This document shows positions 47,739 through 58,537 of a DNA stretch of 64,000 nt, piece after piece. Made by a program: the position numbers and the translations under genes. The stretch's first letter is position 1. Every line of letters starts with the position of its first letter. The notes beneath the pieces are model-generated. The model saw nothing but the letters and a program-made list of their open reading frames with translations. It was not told the DNA's origin and made no database searches. Source of the stretch: an uncultured Gammaproteobacteria bacterium (GTDB lineage: Bacteria; Patescibacteriota; Patescibacteriia; Magasanikbacterales; UBA922); assembly GCA_964566225.1 (NCBI GenBank), contig CAZMHV010000004.1, positions 64,248 through 128,247 on the forward strand, read 5' to 3'.

Positions 47739-50536
47739 AGGTGAACGAGTGTTGTTTCTAAACGATTGAGGGTGTAGGCATTTGTATCAAGTTTTGCAAT
47801 TTCACGGTGCTGCCCAATATATTCTTGAAAGGGAACCATACGAAATCCTTGGTCTTGCTGTAGAATGTGTTGGATTTCTGTTTGAACATCGGTTTCTTTT
47901 CCCATCACAAAGGCGAGGGGCACATTGTCTTTGGCATAATCTTCATGTTCAAAACCAGGACCAAGAATAATATAAGTATAAAATTTTTCTTTTTGTTTGA
48001 CTTCAAGATCTTTTACGATTTTGGCCATTTCGGCTAGTCGATAATACCAGCCATCATTATCGCGAATACTGTCATCAAAATATATACCACCTTTTTTGAG
48101 AATACGCATCATTTCAAGCACAAAACCAACATATTCTTCATCTCGTTTATACACGGTTGATCGTGCTCCAAAAGCAATATCAACAGAATTTGATTGTATT
48201 GATTGTACGGAATCAAAATCTCCAAGAAGCATTCCCTCGGGGTGTGCAGGGACTGCTTCATAACCAGAATGATGACGTAAAAACATTTTGGGTTCAGCAC
48301 AAAATATTTTTTTTATTTCCATGAGTGCTGGATCTGTAAGAGAAATTTTGTTGGTATATTGAACCGTTCCATGACTATCTCGTGTACTTATGGTGGATGG
48401 TACGGTATGGGTGACCAAAAATTCTTGTGCAATTTCTGCAAGAATCAATTTCAGTTCTTCTGGATTTTGGGTGAGTCGTTTAATTCGATCTTCTGCATAG
48501 GTAAAAGTATCTTGTGATGTTTGTCCGTTTGAAATAAGAAGTGTTTTGGCAAGTGCATCACAAAAAATTGATTGTACTGCGGGTGTACATACAAATTCAG
48601 CGGGCAGTCTTTTTTTGAGAGTCTCCCAATCAATACTGTTTTCTATAAAACGAGAAATTGGATAATAGAGTGTATCAGCAAGACCAATATCTATATAATG
48701 TTCCATCACAGGTGACTCTGCTCGTTCTGCTTTACTTTGTCCACTTCCTGGTCCAAGTTCCAAAAGTATTTGTTTGGTGTCAGTTGCTCGGTTTTGTAAG
48801 AGTGAAAGAATATCAAATCCAAAACGGCGTATATACTCTTCATTGCTTCTATCAACTCGCCAGTGAATTTCTGGTATGGGTTTGAGTTGTCCACGTTCTT
48901 GTAGTACACGTAAGTAAATTTCTTTTTTGTGTGGACTCATGTTTGCCAGTTGCAAAGAATATTCTTGTAAATCAATTGTGCCCCTTTCTTGTTGGCGAAG
49001 AATCTCTGCAACAAAAGCATATTCACCTGCCAAAAATTTGTGTTCGAGGGTTTCTCGCTGAATATCTTCGACTTGTTTTTGTATAACAGCACTTTCATCG
49101 TTCCCTCGATCGAGTGCATCTTTGGTACGAAACAAAAATTCTTTTGCGCGCACTGTAAAAGCCGCTGCAAAAGAGTGATCTGTCAAGTGAAGCTCCTTCC
49201 CATGCAGTTGACGCATTTGTTCACCTTGGTAAGCACCAGAGAGTAAAAGTTCATGATACGCATTCAGTAATTTTTTGGCATTTTCCTCGGAAAGAGTTTC
49301 AATCACATCAACCACTTCTTCAACTCCGCTTGGCTCAAATTCCATAATGACACAGAGTTTCAAAAAAGGTTCTTGAAAGGTACGGATATTTTTTTGGATA
49401 ACTGAAAAACGGTCTGTGTTTTTTATTTTTTTCAAAAATGTATAGAGCCAAAATTGTTCATGAAGGGTAAGAAAATTTGGGACAATTCCGCATTCTTGTA
49501 AAATTTTATGTTGAAAAAATTTTTGATGATATTCGGTTAAAAAGGTTTCTTTGGTAATTTCAAATTCAGTGGTACGGTCAGATTTTTTCATTACCAAATC
49601 TTCGGCTGTTATTTCCATTATTTCTGATTCAAATTCGTGTTCACTCGAAAATCTGCCACAGTAAATGTAGCCTACCAGGGCACCTTGTTCATCGAGGAGG
49701 CCTAGCTTTCCATCTGGAGTAAGACGAACTGCTTTTACGGCATCTGTTTGTCCCTGCAAAACATATTTTTGTCCAAGATATTCAAGTTTTTGTTTATCAA
49801 TCGGGATCACTCTGTCTTCGAGAAGGTAGAGAATTCGTGCATAGGACATTTCAAGTCCTGGGTGAGTATTGGTGCGTATTCTCTCGAGTAACTCTTGGGC
49901 AGATTCGGTAGCACCAATTTTTTTGAGTACATTGGTGACTTGAGCTGTAACAAATTCTGGAACAACATGTTCAAATGCTTCGAGTAACAGTGGAATATCT
50001 TTGGACTGTAATTCTACATTTTGTGCAATATCCCACATTTTGGAAAGGTCGTATTGTGCTGCAACCGAAGTAAATGAAAAACGACTATTTTTTTCTGCTT
50101 CTCCCCATTCAGATTCTGTTTCGGGGTCACGTTCTATGAAAGTTTTTTCTGTTGTTGTTTGGTTTTCCAAATCAGAGCCATATTCTTCTTGCACCTCTGT
50201 GTCTATACACCCATACGTTTTTTTGAGTAAAAAAAGATAGCATTCACGTTTTTGTGATTCAGAAATGGATGCAATGTTTTTTGAAAAAGATTCAATGAGT
50301 GATCTCAGAAGAACATTTTCATCATTGTATCCTTCGTCACTTCCGTCATAATTAAATTCGTCTTCAAAGTTTGGGTCTTTTCGTGCTTTTTGTATGATAC
50401 TTGGATACTCTTGAAGGTACTGTTCGATTTTTTGGATTGCCTCAGTATCCCAAATCAAATGTTTCACAAACGTTTGTGCCGGGTGAACAATTTTGGGAAC
50501 TTCACTTTTTGGTTGCACTTCGTTAAATTCTTTCAT
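47714..50536 (-). CDS. Large hypothetical protein (940 aa) with a probable class I SAM-dependent methyltransferase-like region (LLELGPGSGQS).
   Basis: Long ORF with host-like composition. A glycine-rich motif I-like segment is present. Confidence 0.45.
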   Translation of the reverse strand: MKEFNEVQPKSEVPKIVHPAQTFVKHLIWDTEAIQKIEQYLQEYPSIIQKARKDPNFEDEFNYDGSDEGYNDENVLLRSLIESFSKNIASISESQKRECYLFLLKKTYGCIDTEVQEEYGSDLENQTTTEKTFIERDPETESEWGEAEKNSRFSFTSVAAQYDLSKMWDIAQNVELQSKDIPLLLEAFEHVVPEFVTAQVTNVLKKIGATESAQELLERIRTNTHPGLEMSYARILYLLEDRVIPIDKQKLEYLGQKYVLQGQTDAVKAVRLTPDGKLGLLDEQGALVGYIYCGRFSSEHEFESEIMEITAEDLVMKKSDRTTEFEITKETFLTEYHQKFFQHKILQECGIVPNFLTLHEQFWLYTFLKKIKNTDRFSVIQKNIRTFQEPFLKLCVIMEFEPSGVEEVVDVIETLSEENAKKLLNAYHELLLSGAYQGEQMRQLHGKELHLTDHSFAAAFTVRAKEFLFRTKDALDRGNDESAVIQKQVEDIQRETLEHKFLAGEYAFVAEILRQQERGTIDLQEYSLQLANMSPHKKEIYLRVLQERGQLKPIPEIHWRVDRSNEEYIRRFGFDILSLLQNRATDTKQILLELGPGSGQSKAERAESPVMEHYIDIGLADTLYYPISRFIENSIDWETLKKRLPAEFVCTPAVQSIFCDALAKTLLISNGQTSQDTFTYAEDRIKRLTQNPEELKLILAEIAQEFLVTHTVPSTISTRDSHGTVQYTNKISLTDPALMEIKKIFCAEPKMFLRHHSGYEAVPAHPEGMLLGDFDSVQSIQSNSVDIAFGARSTVYKRDEEYVGFVLEMMRILKKGGIYFDDSIRDNDGWYYRLAEMAKIVKDLEVKQKEKFYTYIILGPGFEHEDYAKDNVPLAFVMGKETDVQTEIQHILQQDQGFRMVPFQEYIGQHREIAKLDTNAYTLNRLETTLVHLQETEAGA

Positions 50537-50643
50537 AAAAAAGACAAAAGTATACTGTCTAGTATATGAGAAAAATGGTGCACTGTCAAAGTAAAATAAA
50601 AAGATTCATTGTGATAATGAATCTTTTTAAAATATTTTTTTTC

Positions 50644-52104
50644 CTATACAAACCTCGTCAAATCCAGTTCATCAAGATGCGTAATTTGTTCTACAAAATC
50701 TGGAACGTGACTCACGAGGATAATTGCTCCTTCATAGTTTTCAATCGCGCGAGCAATCACAGGAAGGTGGCGAAAGTTAATGTGGTTGGTAGGTTCATCG
50801 AGAATCAAGAGGCCTGGTTTTTGGAGCATGAACTGTGCGTAGCAGAGGAGTCCTTTTTGACCTTCAGAAAGTGAACCAACTGGATTGCGCAGTGTTTGCG
50901 AATCCAAAAGCATTTGTGCACCAGTGCGATAAATTACTTCGTTGTCAGGCACACTCATCATGCGTTTTAAAGCTTCGAACGCGGTTTCGTTTTCATCAAA
51001 GCCAGAAAAATCTTGGCGGTAGTAGCCTACGGCAATGCCCGGAGTAATTTGTACACCAGGTTCTTCACTGAGCGCGAGGGCGTGGAGCAGTGTACTTTTA
51101 CCAATTCCGTTTGGTCCTTTGATAATAAGGCGGTGTCCTTTGCGAAGTGTAATATTGACGTCTTGTTCTACTGGCACATGGTTTTTGAGCAAATGAATTT
51201 TGGTCATGCTCACTACCACGTCCGAAGTCAGCTGCGCTGGAATATCAAAATCACGAATAGTTTTATCATCTTGTTTCACATCTACCATGTTTTCTTCATC
51301 CTCGGCAACTTCTTCTTTGAGTTTACTCGCGAGTTTACGCATCTTTCCACCCTTGTGTGCAAAAAAGTTTACCTTGTCTTTACGGTCTTGAATATTTTTG
51401 AGGAGCTGTGCATTTTTGCGCTCTTCACGTTCTACTTGCGCAGCAATTTCTTCTACTACGTCTGTATAGTTTCCTACATATTGATTTACTTTTTTGGTGT
51501 ACACATCAAGGTGCAACACGCCATCAGTAAATGAATTCAAAAATGCAGCATCGTGAGAAATTACGAGCACAGTTTTGTCGTACATGATGAGGAACATGGT
51601 GAGCTGATCGATTCCTTCTTGATCAAGATTGTTGGTTGGTTCGTCGAGGAGGAGTATGTCGGGATTTTGAATGAGTCCGTATGCCAGGAGCAGACGTGCT
51701 TGTTGTCCACCCGAGAGTTGACGGATTTTTTTATCAAGAGGAATTTCGTAGTTGATGCGTTGCAGTGTGTCGTAAATACGTTTGTCGAGGTTACCTGGAA
51801 CATCTTCGCCAAATGCACTCGCAAAAAATTCGCGTACCGTGTGATCAAAGTGTGCTTTTGGCATTACTTGCGGTGCAAGCGCAACAGTAGCATTGTTGGT
51901 GAAAGAAATGCGGCCTTTTTGGGGGGTGAGTGCACCAGTGAGAAGTTTGAAAATAGTACTTTTTCCTGCACCATTTTGTCCCATGATGGTGATTTTGGCA
52001 TTTTCGCGAACAGAAAAAGAAGCTTCATCAAGTTGAAGTTTGTCGTCACTGTAGCCGAATGTGACAGAGTCAAAGCGGAGAATACCGATGTTTTGGTTGG
52101 CCAT
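50644..52104 (-). CDS. ABC-F family ATPase (tandem ABC domains, no TM domain).
   Basis: Two Walker A motifs (GQNGAGKST, GPNGIGKST) and two signature motifs (LSGGQQARLLLA, LSEGQKGLL). Confidence 0.85.
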   Translation of the reverse strand: MANQNIGILRFDSVTFGYSDDKLQLDEASFSVRENAKITIMGQNGAGKSTIFKLLTGALTPQKGRISFTNNATVALAPQVMPKAHFDHTVREFFASAFGEDVPGNLDKRIYDTLQRINYEIPLDKKIRQLSGGQQARLLLAYGLIQNPDILLLDEPTNNLDQEGIDQLTMFLIMYDKTVLVISHDAAFLNSFTDGVLHLDVYTKKVNQYVGNYTDVVEEIAAQVEREERKNAQLLKNIQDRKDKVNFFAHKGGKMRKLASKLKEEVAEDEENMVDVKQDDKTIRDFDIPAQLTSDVVVSMTKIHLLKNHVPVEQDVNITLRKGHRLIIKGPNGIGKSTLLHALALSEEPGVQITPGIAVGYYRQDFSGFDENETAFEALKRMMSVPDNEVIYRTGAQMLLDSQTLRNPVGSLSEGQKGLLCYAQFMLQKPGLLILDEPTNHINFRHLPVIARAIENYEGAIILVSHVPDFVEQITHLDELDLTRFV

Positions 52105-52207
52105 AGAAGTGTTTTAAGCAGGCTCTAAAATAACGTATTTTTAAGGTTTTGTCAACTTTGTTACCATATAAAAACAAAAAACCCAGTTTGGGGTTTTTTG
52201 TATATGT

Positions 52208-53626
52208 TTATCTATATTTTGTCTGTCCACCAAACCGATTTGGACGGCGGTCATTTTTGCGGCGGTGCACTGGTTGTCCTGCTGGGGCAGCATTTGGTGG
52301 CGCGGTATTGATGCGTCCACTTGGGCGTCTTTCTGCAGATTGACCTTCAGCACGAGCTTGTCCAAATCCACCTTGACGGTGCTGCGGTCTGCCACCACTT
52401 GGAGAACTTCTACGAAATGGATTGTTGGCACTGTGTTGTGCTGGATTTCGGCCACCCTGTGCAGGCGGAGTATGTGCCACTATGCGTGGTGGAGGAAGTT
52501 CTGGCAGAGCAGAAACTTGAATAGTTTTGCGAATCAATTTTTCAATATTTTTTACATCACTTTTTTGGTCTGGAGTAGCAAATGAAATCGCTTTTCCTGT
52601 GGTGCCAGCACGACCAGTTCGACCAATACGATGAACATAATCTTCAGTTTGATCTGGTAAGTCGTAGTTAATCACGAGTTCAATATTCTTCACATCAATT
52701 CCACGAGCCGCAATATCTGTGGCTACGAGTACACGATACTTTCCAGATTTAAATCCGTCGAGCGCTTTGATACGTTGCGCCAAAGATTTGTTGGAATGAA
52801 TTTCTGCTGATTGATGCCCCATGCCCATGAGTGCTTTGCAAATTTTTTTGGCACCATGTTTGGTACGAGAAAACACGAGCACCGTTCCATGATACTGCGT
52901 GAGAATTTTTTCAAGCAGCTGTGTTTTACTTTCTTTGCGCACAAAGAAAAATTCTTGTTCTACTTTTTCGGCCGAAGTTCCTTGTGGTGCGACTTCAATA
53001 CGAATTGGCGCATTCATGTGTTGGCTCGCAATTTTCATAATTTCTGCAGGCATGGTGGCAGAAAAGAGAAGTGTTTGTCTTTCTTTGGGAAGTACGCGAA
53101 AAATTTTATTGAGCTGTGGCAAAAAGCCCATGTCAAACATGCGGTCAGCTTCGTCGAGTACCAATACTTTTACGGCACTCAGGTTCACGGTTTTTTGATC
53201 GAGGTGATCTACCAGACGTCCTGGAGTTGCAATAATCACATGTGGATTGGCTTGCAGCGCACGAACTTGTTTGCTCACATTTTCACCACCAATAAGAACA
53301 ACGGTACGAAGTCCAAGTGGCTTACCGATTTTTTCGAGCGTTTCGTTTACCTGTAATGCAAGTTCACGTGTTGGCAAAATAACCAGACCACGGCCCTTGT
53401 GAATGCCCAGGCGTTGAATCATGGGGATACCAAAAGCCAAGGTTTTGCCAGTTCCAGTCTGTGCAATACCCACAATATCTACGCCAGTAATGGCAGCAGG
53501 GATAGATTGGTGTTGAATGGGCGTTGGTTTGTCGAACTTATTGCGTTCGAGAATGGTGAGGATACTTTGGGCAATGCCAAGTTCCTTGAAGGTCGCGGAC
53601 AAAGCCGCTGACGGTGTTGGTGTCAT
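52208..53626 (-). CDS. DEAD-box ATP-dependent RNA helicase with a C-terminal RG-rich tail.
   Basis: Q-motif, AQTGTGKT, PTRELA, DEAD, SAT and HRIGRTGRAG. Confidence 0.9.
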   Translation of the reverse strand: MTPTPSAALSATFKELGIAQSILTILERNKFDKPTPIQHQSIPAAITGVDIVGIAQTGTGKTLAFGIPMIQRLGIHKGRGLVILPTRELALQVNETLEKIGKPLGLRTVVLIGGENVSKQVRALQANPHVIIATPGRLVDHLDQKTVNLSAVKVLVLDEADRMFDMGFLPQLNKIFRVLPKERQTLLFSATMPAEIMKIASQHMNAPIRIEVAPQGTSAEKVEQEFFFVRKESKTQLLEKILTQYHGTVLVFSRTKHGAKKICKALMGMGHQSAEIHSNKSLAQRIKALDGFKSGKYRVLVATDIAARGIDVKNIELVINYDLPDQTEDYVHRIGRTGRAGTTGKAISFATPDQKSDVKNIEKLIRKTIQVSALPELPPPRIVAHTPPAQGGRNPAQHSANNPFRRSSPSGGRPQHRQGGFGQARAEGQSAERRPSGRINTAPPNAAPAGQPVHRRKNDRRPNRFGGQTKYR

Positions 53627-53770
53627 AATAAAAAAATGTGACCCGCTTTCCTGCTAGGCCACATTGAAGACACTGAAGAGGTACGAGTCTATTGTGCTTG
53701 CGATTAAGGCACAATAAATAATAATATGCTAAGTATAGCACAAAAACAGTATTTTGTCAAGTTTGACACC

Positions 53771-54223
53771 TTATTTGGCTTGTTTATTGAAGTTATAGAG
53801 GGTGCCCAAAATAAACAGGGCAGCAACCATATGCATGAGTATAAGGCCAATTTTGGCAGAGTTTTCGATGGGTAAATCAAGGGGTGCTCCAAAAGAAAAA
53901 ATGAGTAATCCAAGAGAAATTACAAAAAAACTGCGGACGCTTCGTGGAGAAAGTTTGCGGGCAAAGGCAAAAGAAATTCCTGCTACCAAGGCTGGGGCAA
54001 TGCTCGCCAATAATACTCGTCCGAGTGTGAGAGGTGCCAGTGAATCAGGCGATGTCGTAGTAGGGACTGAGATTTTGATACCAAGAAGAAGCAAAAAGTA
54101 AAATAAGAGGAGATTGGCAAGGCCTGCCATGAGTGCAGCGAGGAGGGTCGTATAAAACAAATCAACTTTGGGAAGTTTATGGAACATAGTTTTTTCACTT
54201 ATATGTATAAACGGGTGATTCAA
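53771..54223 (-). CDS. Hypothetical membrane protein.
   Basis: Four hydrophobic helices. ORF only. Confidence 0.35.
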   Translation of the reverse strand: MNHPFIHISEKTMFHKLPKVDLFYTTLLAALMAGLANLLLFYFLLLLGIKISVPTTTSPDSLAPLTLGRVLLASIAPALVAGISFAFARKLSPRSVRSFFVISLGLLIFSFGAPLDLPIENSAKIGLILMHMVAALFILGTLYNFNKQAK

Positions 54224-54391
54224 GTTTTTTCTATTATACAGTATCTTTTACTCAATTGACAAAATAGAGAATTATTTTGAATAAAAAAAATCCTCTTGGA
54301 GAGGGTGAGTTTGTAGAGTAGGCGACGGGTTGAGAGGGTGCCCGAGAACGCCGAAGCGTCACATCAGAGCACCCTCTTGCCATCTTGGGAG

Positions 54392-55096
54392 TCAGTCGAG
54401 CTGAGCCGACCACGTCCCAAAGTATGGACTTTGTGGGTCATCGACGACCGGATCGTCTTGCGGCGGTCCTTCGTCGATGCTGTGGGTACAGGTTCCCGGC
54501 GGGAGTACGCCCCATGCCAGGGCGTCATTTACCACCAGGGTTACCTCACACTCTGCACCCTCGTTGGCGGGGTACCACATGCCGAGGAAAATCTCTTGGC
54601 TCTGTGGATCCACGTACTCCCCCAAAGCGCCCACACTGTGGTGCTTTTGGGTCTGACACTGAACCCAGAGGTGCAGTGAGGAAACATCGCCCTCGAGGGG
54701 GGTGTTTCCTCTCTGCCAGTGGAACACCACTCGCGAGAGTTGCACCTCGGGGATCGGTGAGGCTGCCGCGTCAGGGAGGGGTACGTCCTCGGTCGCATCC
54801 GGAGCTGCGTCCGGGGGGGTGGGGAAGTAGGCATCCGGGATACCCACGTCCGCGACCTGTTCGGCCATGTCCGGCTGGGCCGCCGCGTCAACCACGGGGT
54901 GAACGTCTGCGGGGGTGGCGTCGATGACCGCGTCCACCTCCGCATCCTCGACCAGTCGGACCATGTCCGGGTCGGCGTCTGCCGTGGTGAAGGCCGGGCC
55001 TCCCGCGGACTCGGCGATCTTGCCCGACAACACGGTCGGGTCGCAGCCGAGGAGGATGCCGACGACGAAGAAAACACCAAAAATCTTGATTCCCAT
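54392..55096 (-). CDS. High-GC putative lipoprotein (signal peptide plus lipobox LLGC). It is acidic and Pro/Asp/Ala-rich.
   Basis: An AGGAGA RBS lies 6 nt upstream of ATG 55096. The lipobox VGILLGCD is present. GC3 bias is strong. The upstream extension of the ORF is not supported. Confidence 0.5.
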   Translation of the reverse strand: MGIKIFGVFFVVGILLGCDPTVLSGKIAESAGGPAFTTADADPDMVRLVEDAEVDAVIDATPADVHPVVDAAAQPDMAEQVADVGIPDAYFPTPPDAAPDATEDVPLPDAAASPIPEVQLSRVVFHWQRGNTPLEGDVSSLHLWVQCQTQKHHSVGALGEYVDPQSQEIFLGMWYPANEGAECEVTLVVNDALAWGVLPPGTCTHSIDEGPPQDDPVVDDPQSPYFGTWSAQLD

Positions 55097-55347
55097 TGGG
55101 GATCTCCTGGGGGGGTGCGGGGTTATATATACCGCATGTAGGGGCAAAATTGCCCAGTGTAGAGGGGGATTTCCTCTTTCAAAAGTAAGAAATATCTTTC
55201 TTTTGAAACAAAAAATACCCAAAATAATGAACAGGAGAGAATATACCAAATAGGACGTTTTGTCAAGGGGGTTATTACACAAATAAAAAAAGAGTCCTGT
55301 TGCAAGGACTTTTTGTTTTTATGAGTTGGATATTTGGGGAGTCTACT

Positions 55348-55686
55348 TTAGTGTTGAACAGATCTTCGTTTAAGTGAAAAGTATACCCCAATCATCATGA
55401 TGCAGATTCCAACTGCTTGATACAATGAAATTGTTTGTTTGTAAAAAAATAAAAGAGTGAGCAGTGTAAAGAGTGGAAATGTACTTGAAAGTGAAATTGC
55501 TTTGGAAATATCGAGTCGTCGCAGTCCTTCGTACCAGAGTATTTTGCTCATGGTTAAAAGTACGATGCCATTGCCAGAAATATTTGGATTTATGGTGACG
55601 AGTTTTGAATATAGTGAACTTATGAAGGCTATGTGGCAAACATTGTGGGATGTGTCGAAACCGTTGTAAAATGAAAAAACACTCAA
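55348..55686 (-). CDS. EamA/DMT-like small membrane protein. It may be a half-transporter or a fragment.
   Basis: Hydrophobic helices and an EamA-like C-terminal pattern. Length is 112 aa. Confidence 0.3.
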   Translation of the reverse strand: MSVFSFYNGFDTSHNVCHIAFISSLYSKLVTINPNISGNGIVLLTMSKILWYEGLRRLDISKAISLSSTFPLFTLLTLLFFYKQTISLYQAVGICIMMIGVYFSLKRRSVQH

Positions 55687-55687
55687 G

Positions 55688-56986
55688 TTATGAGTGTTTT
55701 TTTATTTTGCCTGTATCCCCATCAATAAAAATGTGATCACCAGTTTGTATCTCATCATTCGGACTAAAGTTCACTACCACTGGAATTCCATGTTCACGCG
55801 CCACAATGGCAATATGTGAAAGCACGCCTCCTTGTGCAGAAACAATTCCTTTTATTTTGTGAAAGTACTGTGTAAGACCTGGTGAGAGAATTTCACTGTA
55901 GAGAATAATATTTTGATCAGCAGTATACTGTAGTATACTTTTTTCATCCGCGAGAATTCCAGATGCTTTTCCAGAGGAAACACCCGCAAGTTTGCGAGGA
56001 GCTGATTGTATTTTTCCACCTGTGAATTTTTCTGTTGGATCAAAGTAAAGTTTTTTTCGGGGGAGTACCATGGCTTCGGTTACCTTGCCTTTCAATATTT
56101 CTTCAAGAGTACAAAAATAAATATTTTTTGGATTAGAAAATTCATTCGTATTAGCAATTTTGAGAAGAATTGTTCTGAGTCCATTTATTTTTTTGACAAT
56201 AAGTACACGACTATATTCACGCAGACGATTATATATAATTGCTTGGGAGAAAATTGGTTGAAAATATTTTTGTTTCCAGTCTGGAAGTTTTTCCCACCAT
56301 TGCTTAACAGTCTCATCAATTTCATGAGGAGTAAAATTGAGATGCATAAACTTCGTTTCATCCGAAATTTCAATAGAGTTTCCTTGGAAATTTTGAAAAG
56401 AGAAATCAATAGCAAAATGTGTCATTGACGGGACAAACAAGCTAGCGTTTTTGAGAATCTCAGGAGTTTGTATACTTTCTTTTTTGAGTGTAAATTCTAA
56501 TTTTTTGAAAGTAACTCCACAGAGCAAATTAGTTTCAAAAATTACTTGGTACTCTTGTAAAAAGTTTTCCAAAAAGTCTGAAAGGGTACTGGCAGATTCA
56601 TTTTTTTGTAATTCTTTTTTGAGTCTTACAAAAATTTGTTCAAAGTTTTTAACAGGAAGAGTTTGAAGTGCAAAAATATTTTTGAGAGTGGTAAAAAGTC
56701 CGCTCACACTACTCAATTTTGGAACAGAGCTAAGAGAAGAAGGATATCTATATGAAGGCAAAAGCGAGTGGAGTTCTTTTTGTTTTTCCACCACCAGTTC
56801 ATTTCCAATTACTTTCAAAAAATGTGTATCATGATACTTTACGCCATACTTTTTATACACATTTTGTACTGGTCCGCCCTCACTATATATCTGTTCGAGC
56901 AAACCAAATGTTACCGGAGTTGGCTGTGGCGCCATTTCACTTATATCAGTTTTGGCAAAAAATTCATTACTCACATTAGTTTCCAT
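55688..56986 (-). CDS. PEP-utilising-enzyme mobile-domain protein.
   Basis: C-terminal GIVSAQGGVLSHIAIVAREHGIPVV (PEP-utilisers phospho-histidine domain). The start is uncertain (56986 or 56935). Confidence 0.5.
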   Translation of the reverse strand: METNVSNEFFAKTDISEMAPQPTPVTFGLLEQIYSEGGPVQNVYKKYGVKYHDTHFLKVIGNELVVEKQKELHSLLPSYRYPSSLSSVPKLSSVSGLFTTLKNIFALQTLPVKNFEQIFVRLKKELQKNESASTLSDFLENFLQEYQVIFETNLLCGVTFKKLEFTLKKESIQTPEILKNASLFVPSMTHFAIDFSFQNFQGNSIEISDETKFMHLNFTPHEIDETVKQWWEKLPDWKQKYFQPIFSQAIIYNRLREYSRVLIVKKINGLRTILLKIANTNEFSNPKNIYFCTLEEILKGKVTEAMVLPRKKLYFDPTEKFTGGKIQSAPRKLAGVSSGKASGILADEKSILQYTADQNIILYSEILSPGLTQYFHKIKGIVSAQGGVLSHIAIVAREHGIPVVVNFSPNDEIQTGDHIFIDGDTGKIKKHS

Positions 56987-58109
56987 AGTCCCAAGGAGTA
57001 TTGTATCTTCCGAGAAAAGTGTAGCCACGTTTTTCCAGTTCCACTCCGGTGAGTTTCGCATCAAAGCAATTTACATAGCCATCACATATTGTAATTACAG
57101 TACTTCCCTTTGGCACCTGCGCAAAGGTAGATTCGAGTTTTGAAGTTGGGGTATAAAAGATGGGAATATTGAAAGAGTTTTTTATATGTGATTTTGCAAA
57201 GCGTTCTGGTTCTCGCGAGTCAACCAAAACCACTCCTTGTTTGACGTTGGCTTTGACTTCTGGTGTGGTCAAAACTTTTTGAAATTTGAGATCAGTATAT
57301 TTTTGAGTAAATTTAATATTGCCTTGCCACGTGCCACCAAAGTCATACCAGCCACTGGCACCGTGTTCTAGGTACACACTCACAATATTTTTGGTTCGTA
57401 AAAATTCAGCTACTTCTTTGCCTCGAATACCTGACCAACAAAATATATATGCGATTTTATCTTTTGCGAGTTCTTGCCATCTTCCATCTTTGAGATCAGC
57501 ATAACGAATATGAAGAGACCCAGGGAAATGGCCATTTTCAAATTCAATATCTTCACGAGCATCGACAATAACGAAGTTTTTTTCTTGTTGGTTCAAAACG
57601 TTTTTGAAGGCTTCATTGGTAATACTGAGATTCAACGATTTATTTTTTTCAAAAAACTGAGTGTCAAGAGGAGTAGATGGAGTATTTTCAATGGGAAGAG
57701 TGGATGTTACAGATACTTCTTGGAGTATAGTTGGTATTGGTTCTGAAACAGGTTTTTCAGCTTGTATTTTTTGTTCGAGCTCAGCATAGGCTTTACTTTC
57801 CATTAACCATTTTTGATATTCAGTCTTTTGTTTGAGCTCTGCAAAAAAATAAGAAATAGCAAAGGCAAGAGTAATAATTAAAAGCCCAATAGAAAAAAGA
57901 AACGCTCGTCGATGTTTCAACACAGCAATCTTAGTTTGTAAAAATTCATAACACAAACCAAAAGTTGCCGAGAAAAAAAGCATCACAGCCGAAAAAAATT
58001 GCATTACTTGTGCTCCAATATTAAAAATAAAATCAGGAGGGATAACCGCCTGAGTTGGGGATGGTATAATAATTAGAAATAAAAGTATGAGCCACGATAA
58101 CTTTTTCAT
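56976..58109 (-). CDS. Membrane-anchored tandem rhodanese-domain sulfurtransferase-like protein.
   Basis: N-terminal TM helices. Two rhodanese-like modules, with CWSGIRG (candidate active-site Cys) and ICDGYVNC. Confidence 0.55.
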   Translation of the reverse strand: MKKLSWLILLFLIIIPSPTQAVIPPDFIFNIGAQVMQFFSAVMLFFSATFGLCYEFLQTKIAVLKHRRAFLFSIGLLIITLAFAISYFFAELKQKTEYQKWLMESKAYAELEQKIQAEKPVSEPIPTILQEVSVTSTLPIENTPSTPLDTQFFEKNKSLNLSITNEAFKNVLNQQEKNFVIVDAREDIEFENGHFPGSLHIRYADLKDGRWQELAKDKIAYIFCWSGIRGKEVAEFLRTKNIVSVYLEHGASGWYDFGGTWQGNIKFTQKYTDLKFQKVLTTPEVKANVKQGVVLVDSREPERFAKSHIKNSFNIPIFYTPTSKLESTFAQVPKGSTVITICDGYVNCFDAKLTGVELEKRGYTFLGRYNTPWDYGN

Positions 58110-58135
58110 ACGTCAGGTCCTTCTTTTTTTATATA

Positions 58136-58531
58136 TCACACAAAAAACTTTTTCACAATAAACACTGTAATGCCACCCACCAGTGAAGTCACTACCATTC
58201 CCCACAGCAAATCTACTACGGTCACAATCACTGGCCACTTTGCAACAGTGGCTTGGTTGGTCAGGTCATAGGCTCCATAGGCAACCAGTCCAAGTAGGGC
58301 TCCCCGAAGCAGGGCTTCAGGTACAGATTTGTGTTCAAGCGCAGGCTGCACGACAAAAAATAAAATACCAATTGCGTAGAGTGGATAAAAAAGAAGAATA
58401 GGCCAGTACGTAACATTTTCGGCAAACAAATATCCCAAATATTTTTTATAAAAAGATTTGGCAATGGTGGTGAGCCATATGGCATCACACAGGGCAAGCG
58501 TAAAAAGTGTGACGAGATAGTGCTTGAACAT
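58136..58531 (-). CDS. Hypothetical membrane protein (about 4 TM).
   Basis: ORF with a hydrophobic profile. Confidence 0.4.
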   Translation of the reverse strand: MFKHYLVTLFTLALCDAIWLTTIAKSFYKKYLGYLFAENVTYWPILLFYPLYAIGILFFVVQPALEHKSVPEALLRGALLGLVAYGAYDLTNQATVAKWPVIVTVVDLLWGMVVTSLVGGITVFIVKKFFV

Positions 58532-58537
58532 AGAAAA

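Noticed and set aside
54541-55080. 179-aa minus-strand ORF and 180-aa plus-strand ORF in the lipoprotein patch.
   Set aside because: They are alternative frames of the same high-GC DNA. The lipoprotein frame has the RBS, signal peptide and GC3 bias.
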